A stretch of DNA of 64,000 bases from positions 82,956,001-83,020,000 of the forward strand of contig CM060732.1 of NCBI GenBank assembly GCA_030704615.1, in the 5' to 3' direction. The stretch comes from Takakia lepidozioides (Eukaryota > Plantae > Bryophyta). Within the stretch, counting starts at the first letter, position 1. Each line of letters opens with the position of its first letter. The position numbers and the translations under genes were made by a program. Of the stretch, positions 26,140-37,700 are shown piece after piece. Under the pieces are notes generated by a model that saw only the letters and a list, made by a program, of their open reading frames with translations, searched no databases and was not told the origin of the DNA.

Positions 26140-29100
26140 CTATTTGTTTTGTGCCTCCTTCAGTCTATCTTTAAGCGTGGCAAGCCTTCCAGAACTGGGG
26201 AGGTTGAGTGCCATCAATGCTCTCCGCACTGCCTGAACATCCATTTCTTCAATTTGCTCCGCCGACAGGGCCCCTGATAATGACTTGGGCAGTGGGGGGG
26301 GTGCAGGCTCTGAGCCCCCGAGAATCCGGGGTGGTGCTTTCCAAGGTATCCTCTTCCTTGCCTGCAAAACCCCATCATGTAACTTCTCTGTCATGTGCAA
26401 CTCATTTGGCCACTAGCAGGGAGAATCTCGTTTGCACCAAAAATTTGATCAACTAACTTCATGAAGCCGACACGGGTTACCTCACTGACGAGTTGTTCCA
26501 ACTCTTTATAGGAGGGCTGTGCCCCAAGAACTCCAATCACTTCGCTTGTCCCATCCCATGCCATTAGGTGCACCTGTGTCCAACCATCCACACCACAACC
26601 CTTGATCCTTCATGAGTTCCTGGTCACCCACATGCACTTGAAAACATCCAACTGCAAGTCTCACGCGCCAGCGCATAGAATACATGCTGTCATTCATCCA
26701 ACGATTTGTGCCAGGCTTCAGCAGCAACGTTTCCTCTGTAACCTTACTGAGCTGCGCCTCCATTTTCTTAGTCTCTCAAGGACGTCTGAGAGAGAGAGGG
26801 GGAGAGAATGTACTCATGACCTCTGTAACCTACCTTTGTCAGGGGCTGACGCCGGTAGTAAGACTTACCTTGGAACAAACAATTGATCCAGGTTTTCCAG
26901 ATATCCTGTAGAAATCCCTTTACACAAGCATCAACCTGCTGTGTGTGGTTTGCCCAATAACTAGGCCCCAAAAGGGCCTGGGCTTTTGGCTCAGCCTCGA
27001 GACTTTCAAAGTTGGTAAACAGAGGTACAGGCACAATGCCCTTGATAGATTTGACGAGAGCGTCTCTCTGGTGAGAGAACCCCGGACAATGAATCCGAAA
27101 ATTAACATTGTGTTCAGGTTGCCCACACAACGGGCAATTGCACTCTCCCTTTCCTCTCTGCTTCTGTTTGCTGTTCAAAGGTAGGCTTCCCGCCCTGAGG
27201 TTAAATTTCAGTCTAGTGCCGCGAGTGGGTAGACCCTTGAGGTCATCCATGATGTCCTCCCCCATGTCACAGACTGGAAACAAGTTCAGGGAAGTTTTCT
27301 GCCTAACTTCATGAGAGAGGGAGAGAAAGAGGGAGAGAGGGGTCTAGATAGCCGAACTTGCAGGTACACTGGAGAATGATTTGCCTTCTGATAAGCATAC
27401 TTACTTGCCAGTCACTAGGGTAGCATTTCAAAATTCGCACAACCCCACCAGAGCTAGAGGTGACATTGGAAGCTTCCCCCACCCGCTGCTCTATGAGTGT
27501 GTAGGTGTTTTCAAATGTGTCCAAGAACTCCTCAGCCTGTCTGCCACCACAACAGCTATTACAAAGTGCTATTTGATACAGTGAGGACAGCAATACGATC
27601 CTTTGCTCACTATCACGGTCCAAATCAGGGAGAAGTCCTACATGATGTCTTGGAGGACAGTAAAAACCAGTGCCCACCTTTGTTGCCCATGTGTGGAAGT
27701 GGTTCTTTCCTAAAATGCCAAAATGAAAGTTGTGGCCAGAATGATGGTAATGCAGGAGACATGCAACAAAAGTGCAAAGTGCAAACCCTCAAGTTATTAC
27801 CTTTTCCAAGGACCAAAGCCGAAATCTGACACAATTTGGCCTGCTGACCGCCACTGCGGGTTGACTATCAGCAATGGTCTGCTCTCGTCACTGCTTGCTA
27901 GTGACCTCACCTGCCTCAAGCCAGGACAACCACAATTCAGCATGGCAACATGTAAAGAAATGGGAAGCATTTGAGGAGCGAGGGAAAGGGCAGAATGGAT
28001 GGACCTGCACAAGGGGCCAGGGAGAGGGAGGAAAAGAGTCTGCCACCAAATGGACGTGGTTGCACAGGCAGAAGAACTTTTCCTTCAAACTATGTAGCCA
28101 TGGGGGAAAGTGACTTCTCTAAGACTGAAATGTTTTGCTGTTACCTGGTTCAGCGTCTCTGAAATGGGGAACACAATAGCAGCTATGCTCTTGTCTGCAG
28201 GATAGAGGAGGCCTACTGGATCCATCTCGTTATCCTTTTCCCCAATCCGCCGGGTTACGACTTCAGTTTTCTCTTCTGTGGATCCCATATCCTTGAATAT
28301 ACCAGCCACCATCTTTGCACATGCTGCATACTCTTCCCTTATTCCACAGGGATAATCCCTGCATTGAGAAAGAAAACCAAAGGAGTGGAAGCCTCAAACA
28401 TAAGGTCACTGGTTTTAGCGGAAACCGCTTTTCAAGGGACCCTCTAGGATGGTCTCAAGTGTTGCTTGGGAGGGACAATTAGTTGAGAGCTTTACATGGG
28501 GTTGCAGAAATGAGCCTAACTAGTCTGAATGTGACACAGAGCAGTTGAAGTGTCAATATATCATGACTGAATCAAAGTAGCATTACAGCTGCTGGCCTTG
28601 ATAGACTACATTGCCACCCCTTGCAGTCAAAGGAAAAATTCTTACAGACAAGATTGGACCTGGGTTCAGTATCAAGGTAGTTGAATTGTCGTTGATCAAC
28701 TGGTAGCAAAAGCTGCAGCCGTTGCCGCTTCTTGCCATCTGCCAGTGCTCTTTGTACAGCAGCCCTTGACTATGAATACAACACCATTTAATTTAGATGG
28801 GGTGTAGATTTGACCACAGCATAAAGAAAATCCAAGCATGGACAGATGACCTTAATGACCACACAAAAGGGTAGGCTGATGGTGTGGAAGACAAACAATA
28901 AAAGAACTCGGCAGGCCCTCCGAACTTGGTTTGCAATGGCCAAGTATCAAATATGTCTCCAACCGGTGTTCCCCTATGAACAATTTTGTCGCTCCAGAGT
29001 TTTGATTGTGCACATGCCGAAAGCCCTCAGGGGTTCCAGGGACAGGGCAAATCTAGTGCAAGAAGCAATCAAACTTCTCATATTTAGGCAAGCCGGGCCA

Positions 29101-29517
29101 TACCATTGACCTAGTGTACACGAGTTTCAACTCCAGTTCATGTCCTTATCCAGAAACCACAGAAAGCTAATCCATTCTAACCTGATCTATTGCTTCTTCC
29201 ATGGTCTGAGGATTAGGCCACTGCTGTGTATCTGCCACCAATGTATTCGCCCCCTCTCCCTTCACAGCCACAACTTCTGACTCCCACTTTACAAGCTTCA
29301 TTTGAGATAATATTTGCCAGGCCACCACTTTCTGGCCCTTCAAGTGATGGAAGCCTTGCCTCCAACAAACTCCGCGCCTTGGATTAAGAGAGCTCAAAGC
29401 ACTTGTCGAGACTCCTGTGATTGCACAGGGCATGAATAGTGACTCACTATGGGTGAGTGAAGATTCTGTCCATGTGCATGAGATTGATGTACCAGCCACG
29501 CCCAAAGCTGCTGCCAT
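26140..29517 (-). CDS. DUF1995-family (LPA3-like) protein with putative plastid transit peptide and C-terminal SAP-like domain; 7 exons, 406 aa
   Basis: Exons 29517-29182, 28769-28660, 28358-28145, 27910-27801, 27540-27405, 26573-26481, 26361-26140 (1221 nt, all GT-AG, in phase, no internal stops). PQTMEEAIDQSRAAVQRALADGKKR, RPLLIVNPQW, RILKCYPSDWQVH, PSYKELE; C-terminal MDVQAVRRALMALNLPSSGRLATLKDRL. Confidence 0.85.
26810..27292 (-). mobile_element. 5'-truncated LINE ORF2 C-terminus in intron 5 of the DUF1995 gene
   Basis: 171-aa ORF highly similar to the 13305-13848 ORFs; GA-rich tracts on both flanks. Confidence 0.88.
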
Positions 29518-31322
29518 CGCTCAGTACTTGCTAGTTTCACTCTAACGAAGAGCACCAGTAACCAACCTGACACCAACCAAAGCTGAGATCAGGGAGCATA
29601 ATTGCCTCATAAGGAGAAACTTATGAGGAAAATGCCTTTGCGCACACCAAAGCAGGCGGTCATAGAAGTTGATATTCAAAGCCGAACATGTGATTCAAGT
29701 TCACTGGTTGTAACACCCACAAAAATGGGTCGCGCAATCCAGAGGAGATTCTTGCCTGACCAGCAAGTCGAAATACTGCAGGAGTAGGAAAGCTAAATTC
29801 TAAAGTGCTTTGGGCTCTCATTTCGTAATCTCAAAATATCTCCACTGCAAGCAGAAACCCAAATCTAGATTGGCGAACCAATCAAACTCGGGAAGGAGCA
29901 GTGGATTGCAAGGATATACATGGCTGCAGTACTATCAATCCACTTTCCAACGCCAATGAAAAAATGTCCAATTCTAAAGAGTCAAATGGAAAACACCCGC
30001 ACGGTACCTGAAGAACAGAATGCAGCTGTTTATGTGTCAAGTCTTACATGCAGCCACGCTGAAGCAACCGCACCACTACAAACACTGCATTCCTCCATAA
30101 GCCCTACTTTCGCCTACAACACCGTACACATCTATGTTGGTGAACTACAGATGAAAATTTCCCAGATATTCGAAAGAGAGATGGATGTCTCACACCAAGC
30201 TTCAGCTGTGGTTGAGCTATGGCGTTTGAAGGAGAAGCGAGAGAATATGCACTATGGATCCCCTGGAAAAACAATGGATGAGATGGGGAGGACAAGAATA
30301 GTTGCCATGTGTAGTGCAGTGGCTGGCTGTCAAGATACTTGCAATTCCCTTGCAGCAATGTGGGGTAATAAGTAATAGGAGGGCAGCAGATGAATCCGCA
30401 ATACAGTCACAAATGAGCAACACTTTCCATATGTTCCTTTTTTGCGGTTGTGTGATTAGCATTGCATTATGTGAAGGCTGCTTAACTTAACTCTAGTGGC
30501 CTCATTGGTTTCACTTCAACACAAAGTTTTCAATTGACTCTCAACGGAATCCAAAGCTGCACCATGTAGCATCTACTGAAGATCTTGTGCTCTACCACAT
30601 GGCATGTCCTGTATCAAAACCTAACAGGTTTTAACGATCATCTCACAATGTAAATCAGAAATTTCCACAGTTAGCAGTAAAGAAAAGCTTGTCATCACAG
30701 TGGTGCAATTTGTGTAGATGAACCCCTGACGAGGTGTTTTAAGATGCCGGGGTTCTTGAGATAAGAATTTTCTTAGCAACAAAAAGAATCTACAAGCGGG
30801 AAATCGCTTTCCCACCAACTAGACTCTAAATATATCCTACAACTGATCACCATGAGAGCACCATGCCCAAAGTGCAGGTTAAGCTACAAATATGAGCCTG
30901 AATAAGCTGGACAACTTAAAAGGAGTGATTATCCCCTCTGAATAATAAACAAGCCATGGGTAGGCCCAGCCTTCAGCAGAGTTCTACCAGTGGCTGCTGG
31001 CATAATGGCAGAGGTGTGCTAGTTTCTGTTCTCAGTTGAAGGATGGTAAATCTCTTCTGTGAATGCAGTGTATGAAATGGTAGAGAAAGAGCACGGACAT
31101 ACTGGGCTAGCAGTGTGGTTTCTTGCTCCTCTACGGCCACTTTGCTTTCAGACAAGATGACACCACCATCGGCAGTTGCCTGTGGAGACTGTTATGAACT
31201 GCTAGGTGGCAGGCTGGGCATACATGAAATAAAATCATGTAAAAACTTTGACAAACATCCCTCTGAGCATATATGCTAACTTGATTCGTTAATCATGGAG
31301 CAGGAAGGAGCTGCTGAAAGAC

Positions 31323-31787
31323 ATCGGCTGAATATGCTATGCCCAACACCAGGCTGACAGTAAGAGCCCAAAGCAATGGTCAGAGAATCCTAGAGAAAGG
31401 CTCTGCAGCCAACACACAGATCTCATATCAGGAAATCCAACGAACCGAGCCCCTGAACGGTCTATCATCGGGGTAGAAAAGGAGTGCCAAGAAAGGGGAC
31501 AAGATTGGCTATATATAATAGTGAGGACCCTGAACAATACTGCTAACTACCTCCAATGCTCGGCCAGGGCAATTAATCTTCACAACGTTAAATGGGCCCC
31601 ATAGATTAACTGCTGGAAGGTCTTCAGTCGCAGATTAACATTTCAAGCCTCAATAAGCAGCTATCTGATACACAAATTGGAAAGGCATGGTTGATGACTG
31701 TACCAAGGCAGCAGAAATGGCCACCAATGCTATCCCAATGGCTAAAGAATATTCACCCGAAGCTAATGGAAGATATGGCTTGTTCAC
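31323..31787 (-). pseudogene. Two-exon fragment of homogentisate phytyltransferase (HPT/VTE2-like, UbiA family)
   Basis: Exon 31787-31704 = VNKPYLPLASGEYSLAIGIALVAISAAL; exon 31402-31323 = SLSLGF/PLLWALTVSLVLGIAYSAD with a frameshifting deletion (80 nt); both have AG/GT borders; no other HPT exons found. Confidence 0.8.
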
Positions 31788-32118
31788 CTGCATATTGCGG
31801 TACTTGAACAAGCTACATACAAAGGAAGTGGAAAATCAACATCTGCATATCAAATGTGAGACCCTAGTAAACTCTGATTACTATATTAGACTAAATTAAA
31901 CTATGTCATTCTGGTCACCAACTGGAAGGACAGCACCAGAATACTATGGAGAGTTAGAAACAAGAAATGGACTTGATTTTGTCCACAGAGGGCCACAAGG
32001 GCCCATGGCATGTCGCCAGGGTGTGCTCAGCACTTAGAGATGCAGACTTTTGGGCATTCAGCAAATGTACCATCACAAGGCCTACTCGTCATAGGCATTC
32101 CAGCTGAATACACAGCAT

Positions 32119-32860
32119 TTACAGAGATGAGCGTAAAAGGCACACACAATAGGCCTCCCTTACACTCCCACATTTGGCATACATGTTAACAAGGGCAGTC
32201 TCCCAATTAATACATGGTGGAATTCCAGCTTTCATAATGTCAGCATGGATCTCTTTGCCCTTCTCCAGGGCCACCATGCTGGCACAAGCAAGAACACAAA
32301 TGAATGTGACCGTGTCGGGCACCAACCTTCATGTTGGATTCTATGATAGATTTTAATGGCCTCTGTGCCACAACCTTGCTGGGCATATCATGCTATCATG
32401 ACGTTCCAGGAAACCACATCCCGTTCAGCCATTTTGTCAAATACTTTCAGTGCATCCTTCATGCTCCCACATTTGGCATACATTTCGACAAGGGCAGTCT
32501 CCAGAAAGACAGTCTTGCAAAAATCCAGTTTTGATGATGTGAGCATGGGCCTCTTCGCCCTTTTCCGGGCCCCTAGCCTACCACACGCATTGAGCACACA
32601 TGTAAACGTGACCCTGTCGGGTATCACCCATTCCAGTATCATTTGCTCATAGATCTCCAGAGCCTCCCTACCATACCCAGGCTGAGCATATCCGTGATCA
32701 TGGCGTTCCAAGAGACCACATCTTGTTGAGTCATATTGTCAAACACTTTCCGCGCTTCCTTAACGCTTCTACATTTAGCATACATGACAGTAAGGGCTGT
32801 CTCCAGTGATATCTGACCCAATTCCAGCTTTGATGATGTTTGCATGTGTGCCCTTTCCAA
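32119..32860 (-). pseudogene. PLS-class PPR gene fragment, frameshifted
   Basis: ETALVEMYAKCGSMKDALKVFDKMAERDVVSWNVMIA, PDRVTFTCVLNAC, LEKGKEIHADIMKAG spread over several frames; no start and no E/DYW end. Confidence 0.88.
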
Positions 32861-32934
32861 GAGCTTGGAGTGCTCAGAAGCTCAAGAAGTTATTTTTGGT
32901 TTTTTCGGGCAGTCCGGGCACGTTCCAAAAAACA

Positions 32935-33030
32935 TGACGACGACGACGTGGCGTGACGATGATGAAGTGGCTAAGATGACGTGGCTATGGTGACGTGTCT
33001 ATGATGACATGGTGATGATGACGTGGCACT
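32935..33030 (+). repeat. Cluster of GA(C/A)GTG(G/T)C motifs
   Basis: GACGTGGC x3, GACGTGTC and GAAGTGGC within ~95 bp, separated by GAT/GAC triplets. Confidence 0.65.
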
Positions 33031-33642
33031 ATGGCACCCTATTCCTGCTCAATGCTAAACTAGTCTCTGACCTTCGGTTGTCGCTAGAATTCCAATTTTT
33101 ACTAAAAAGTCATGAATCATATCTCTATAGCCGCCGCGTGCAATACTTCATGCTATCCATGCTTACTATGTTAGTAGGTTCGGATTGTAAATAATAATAA
33201 TAATAATAATCCTATATGTTATTTGATATGTAGGTCAGCGTGCCTGGGTTCAAATCCTGCTACCTTGTCTATAATCTTCTCCCCCGGGCGTGATTTGTGA
33301 GTGAACCGTTTGTTGGAGGATGATAAATAATAAATAATTAAAAACGACTAGATGGGATATAGGTAGTGCATGACTCGGGAACACATTAGACATAGGATGG
33401 GAGTTGAACACGTGCGTGGGAGCCTACCTACCAGCACGGTCACCGGAGCTCGTCAAAGGACTGTCCTCCGGCATATCCCACTACAAGATTCCCACCCATG
33501 GGGGCTATGGAATCTTGAATCGCGTACCTAATACATAATTTACGTGTAGGCATCACCCTGCGTAGAGAAACAGCAAGGATTTGATGGCCGAGATTTCCTT
33601 CATCGGGCGACTCGCTGATGTTCATGACATTGTGGTTTAATC

Positions 33643-34113
33643 CAGTGTTGGTATGGTGTCAGGTTTTTAACATACCTGGTGCCAACCCAATCACAAAACT
33701 TTCATACCAGTCTGGTCTATATGATGGTGGATGTACTTTTCTCCAGATACTGGTATGAGTATAATATCATGACCACAATACCAGCTGGTATGGGATATCA
33801 ACTGGTATCATTCAAAAGCCAGTTGCCTTGCAAGTTTATCAAATATCAAGTAAAAACAAGTACAATAAACATAAAATAAATATAAGTAAATATATGTATG
33901 TCCACATAAACTAGCATAATACACATACCAGAGTAAATGAGGAAGACGGCAGGGGGTATTGGTATTGTGGCTGGTATGAGAATATGGATACCAGCCTGGT
34001 TTGGTATATGACCTGGTATTGTAGAACTTAAGACCAGGCTGGTCTGGTCTGTGATACCAGGGTTGATACCAGCGTTGATACTCAGGTCTGATACCCATAC
34101 CAGACCAACACTG
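33643..34113. mobile_element. Non-autonomous hAT-type element (older)
   Basis: TIR CAGTGTTGGTATGGT vs reverse complement of right end CAGTGTTGGTCTGGT (14/15); flanks GTTTAATC / GTTCAATA (6/8 TSD); many ATACCAG/CTGGTAT subterminal motifs. Confidence 0.78.
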
Positions 34114-34412
34114 GTTCAATAATCTAGTACCAACCCAACAAATGTGCAAAACCCTTGTTCTTAAGGCATCTTGGGAGTATGTAAAATATTCCCATGTGCT
34201 CATGTGCTACCCAACCTCAAGAGCCAACGCAACCTGAATCCAACAAAAATATCGTCAAACTGCATGCATGTCAAGTTCTTACAATGTTCCTACATCTGTT
34301 TTCAATCAAACAAAACATTGTTCTCAAAAGTCGTGACTAGAGTGCGGAGCAACGCGTAGCCCTAGTAGAGTAGACGCAGCATTTGCCCTACACTAGAATA
34401 TGGCTGCAATGG

Positions 34413-34490
34413 ACAACCAAGATGTAGCCCAATGGTAATCGGCACCTACCACCTCGAAGGTGGTTGTGGACTCAATCCACCAACTGTTGT
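34413..34490 (+). mobile_element. tRNA-like Pol III head (possible SINE relic)
   Basis: A-box TAGCCCAATGG, stem ACCACC/GGTGGT, T-arm-like GTGG-ACTCAAT-CCAC; B-box degenerate, not a functional tRNA. Confidence 0.3.
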
Positions 34491-34726
34491 AAAAAATGTG
34501 TCTACCTGCCGGAAGAAAATAGCCCAAAAAAAAACAATAGCCCAAAAAATATCATGCATTTAATAGAGCAAGGTGAGGTGGCTCTTAGTCATGCCGGCTA
34601 TGGCCGGAGTCCTCTCTCCCTTCCTCTCTCATGTATACATGACCATCCGTCCTTCTTTTTGTTCTTAGCGGCCTCTGCGTCACATGATACGGTTGTGATG
34701 TCGATAAATTCTGTGTGGTTTAGTTT

Positions 34727-37700
34727 CTAACGTAAGCAAGAGGCAGGTATCATGATGCTATCGATACTATGCGAGCCAAACGCATTCCAGCAAACTGATT
34801 CTGCATTGCTTGAGCCATAGGAAATGTCGATGGCGGACAGCTGAATATTGGTACATGCAACAGAGTCACTGCATTGAAACTTCAAAGCAACCTTATCCGC
34901 CGATGTTCCAGAAATATGGGAGTATGTAATATCCTTTACTTGAACTGCCTGAGACTGCATTACGACAAAAAATTTAAATTAAATAATAGATACATACCAA
35001 GTAGTTGGAGGTACCGCATAAAAGATAGTACTAGGTAAGTGTATGACGTCCTAAGACTTTTTATAATCGTAATGGCTATTTTTGTTTCGTTGAGTATAAT
35101 TGGACTATACAAAGATTTGCTATCTTAGTACAGACATGAGTATTTGTCTTTTTCCTCCCCCGAATTGTATGAAAATAACCGAATTGTATGAAAATAATTA
35201 TTTAGTTGTAGATGTGTAAATTCAAACATCATGGGAATCATGAGATCACAACTTACTAACCTTTACCCATCTGAACTAATTTAGATTTTGATTACAGTTG
35301 AGTGTTGGCTATATGTTTCTACCACAATAAAAAAAATGAAACATGATATTTGAATGCATAGTACATACACTATTGCCACAATTGTGTGCACCGTTGCAGT
35401 AGTATTGGTCAATAATAACAGGATTCGCAGCGGTGTCCAAATGAATGTTTTGGAATGATATTCCTAACACCGTTCCATCTCCTCCCTGAACAAAACAACA
35501 CCCTCACATGAGTCAAGCTCCATCATAAAATCTTCAATCATATGGTAAGCCAAGTTTGTCTAACAAAACTGAATACACCCCTGCTCCAATCTTGTAATAT
35601 CTAATAACAACTCGCAGATCCATCACATCTAGAGAGAATAATTGAAGCTATGAGATGTGAAGTAAGCTCAAGCATATAACCTTAATAACTTACCTGCCAA
35701 GTCTTAATGCGTACGCCATTTTGTGTGTTTTGAAATGTGACAGTATTCACACGGACGTCAGAAACACTTGCAAATGAATGGTCCTTCCCAAGGCCTCCTA
35801 TACTGCAATATCAACGCATAATATCACAGTCTTAACATTTGGACCTTATATTTGGCACAAGTTTTTTTTTTAAACAAAACTTTTATTAAAGGGAAACACC
35901 TGGGAGCGACAGCTCACAAATCAGGCCCCTTAGTAGTGAGAGGAAAAAATAACATCTTTCAGAGCAACCCCAAGTTAGGAAACGCACATTTTTAATTTGG
36001 TATGAAGTCATTTCGTATTGCTACAGTAAAATTTCAAATTATTTAATTTCACAATTTAATTTGGTTTTTGAAATGGAAGTAGAACTTAGCCCTTGTTAAA
36101 TCCACATGAAAATCCATTACAAAAAGCTATTAGGTGAAAATAATATCTACAATAAAACGTGTGAAAAAAAAACAAATACCTGATCCCATGTCTGGGCCCG
36201 CATTGAATATCATGAATGTTGAGATGAGCGGAGCAACGTCCGGGGAGAACCGGCAGCCAGTTACATGCTAGCCGACTGAATTCCAGAATTTCCGAATGAA
36301 ATATGAAACCTCAGGAAATGGATCCGAGGGAAAAAATGGCCGAAGTGGAAATCAACCGGGTGCCCTACTTTTAGGAAGGATATTTGCCTTTCCATTTCAT
36401 TACAGACAGGAAATCTGCCTTAGTTGGCAAGGCCTGGACGGATTCCGGCCCTTCTTATATTACAAAAAATGGAAATGGCCGTCTAAGTCCGCCACATGGC
36501 AGAAATCCAACGTGCCAGGCCGGGTTACATCCAAGGAAGGGCGTTTAGGTGAAAAAATATTGAACTCAAAGAGGGCGGGCCCGCGGGCAAACCCTACTAA
36601 GTCTGGACGTTGCTCTGGCAGCCCCAGCCCCCTGCTTGCACTCGCTGCCTGCTATCACAGCTCACCTGTCCACGCGGGTTCAATTCTTGGCCTCCATGTG
36701 GTTTGAAGGCATTGACAGGTCCAACTTCTATAAGGATACAATGTTCTTCACTTGTTTGAATTGCTTAAAACTGGTTGTGATTATTTATTATTATTATTAT
36801 TTACTTATTGTTGTGCATTTGACACTTGTGTTGTCAACCGGTTGATATTTATAAGGGCCGGATTTATAGCTGAACACAAAATAAATCATTAGGAATATTA
36901 CCGGTTGTAAAGAAATTATCTCGGAAATTGACCGGGTATAGTTACCACTAAGGGGCAGCAACCGACTGCCCAACCCACTTAGCCGATTGCTGCTGGGACT
37001 GAGCGGCTACTGGCTGGTTCAACTGAAATTATTTCCCGGACGCTGGAGCGGAGCCACTTTGAATAGAGATGCAGTCACCTTCGAAGACTCAAACAAGGTT
37101 GTACAACACTTTTAGCTAGTGGTTGAAATAAAGCTTGACAAGAGAAATTTTAAAAAATAAAAAGAAATAACTTAATAATTGTATTCCGGTGTAGAGATTC
37201 TCCTATATAACCCTCAAGTTCCCAAGCGACCTGAATCGGGTCACTTTGAATTTGCAGTTCGACCTAATTTTTGCAGATCTAATCTGATGGGGCCCACTCC
37301 TGAAGCTTTAATGACCAAGGATTTGTCTCGAGTATGATGCAAAAGAAAAAAAAAAAAAACTACGACCTGCAAAAAATATCTTAGATCTCTCATTTACGTT
37401 TTGGGGGCCTGAAAAGGGCTTGTTGATCGCTGACGTGGCAGTAAACAAGCCCAAAACAGATTGCACTCCGAAGGCCATTTTTGACAGAAAATTAGCAATC
37501 TTGGAAAAAACACTTCACGTTGTGGTGTGTGAGCATTACATACACACATCCACCATTGGCTTTTAAAAAATTTATAGAAAAAAAAAACTTCATTTGGAGA
37601 CACATTATCTGTTGTCAATTTTGAGATTTCAACCCCCATGTAATTGCATGCATAGCAAGCATAGGTGAAAAAATCAGTTGGACATGCAATTTAGTGGGGT

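Noticed and set aside
26140-26400. SAP domain as part of a Zisupton/KDZ transposase
   Set aside because: It splices in frame to DUF1995 exons; no KDZ catalytic or CxC motifs nearby.
29920-30375. 151-aa + strand ORF
   Set aside because: No recognisable motif; lies in the presumed promoter/5' region of the DUF1995 gene.
33228-33265. tRNA gene
   Set aside because: Only a B-box/T-arm; no D-arm or acceptor stem.
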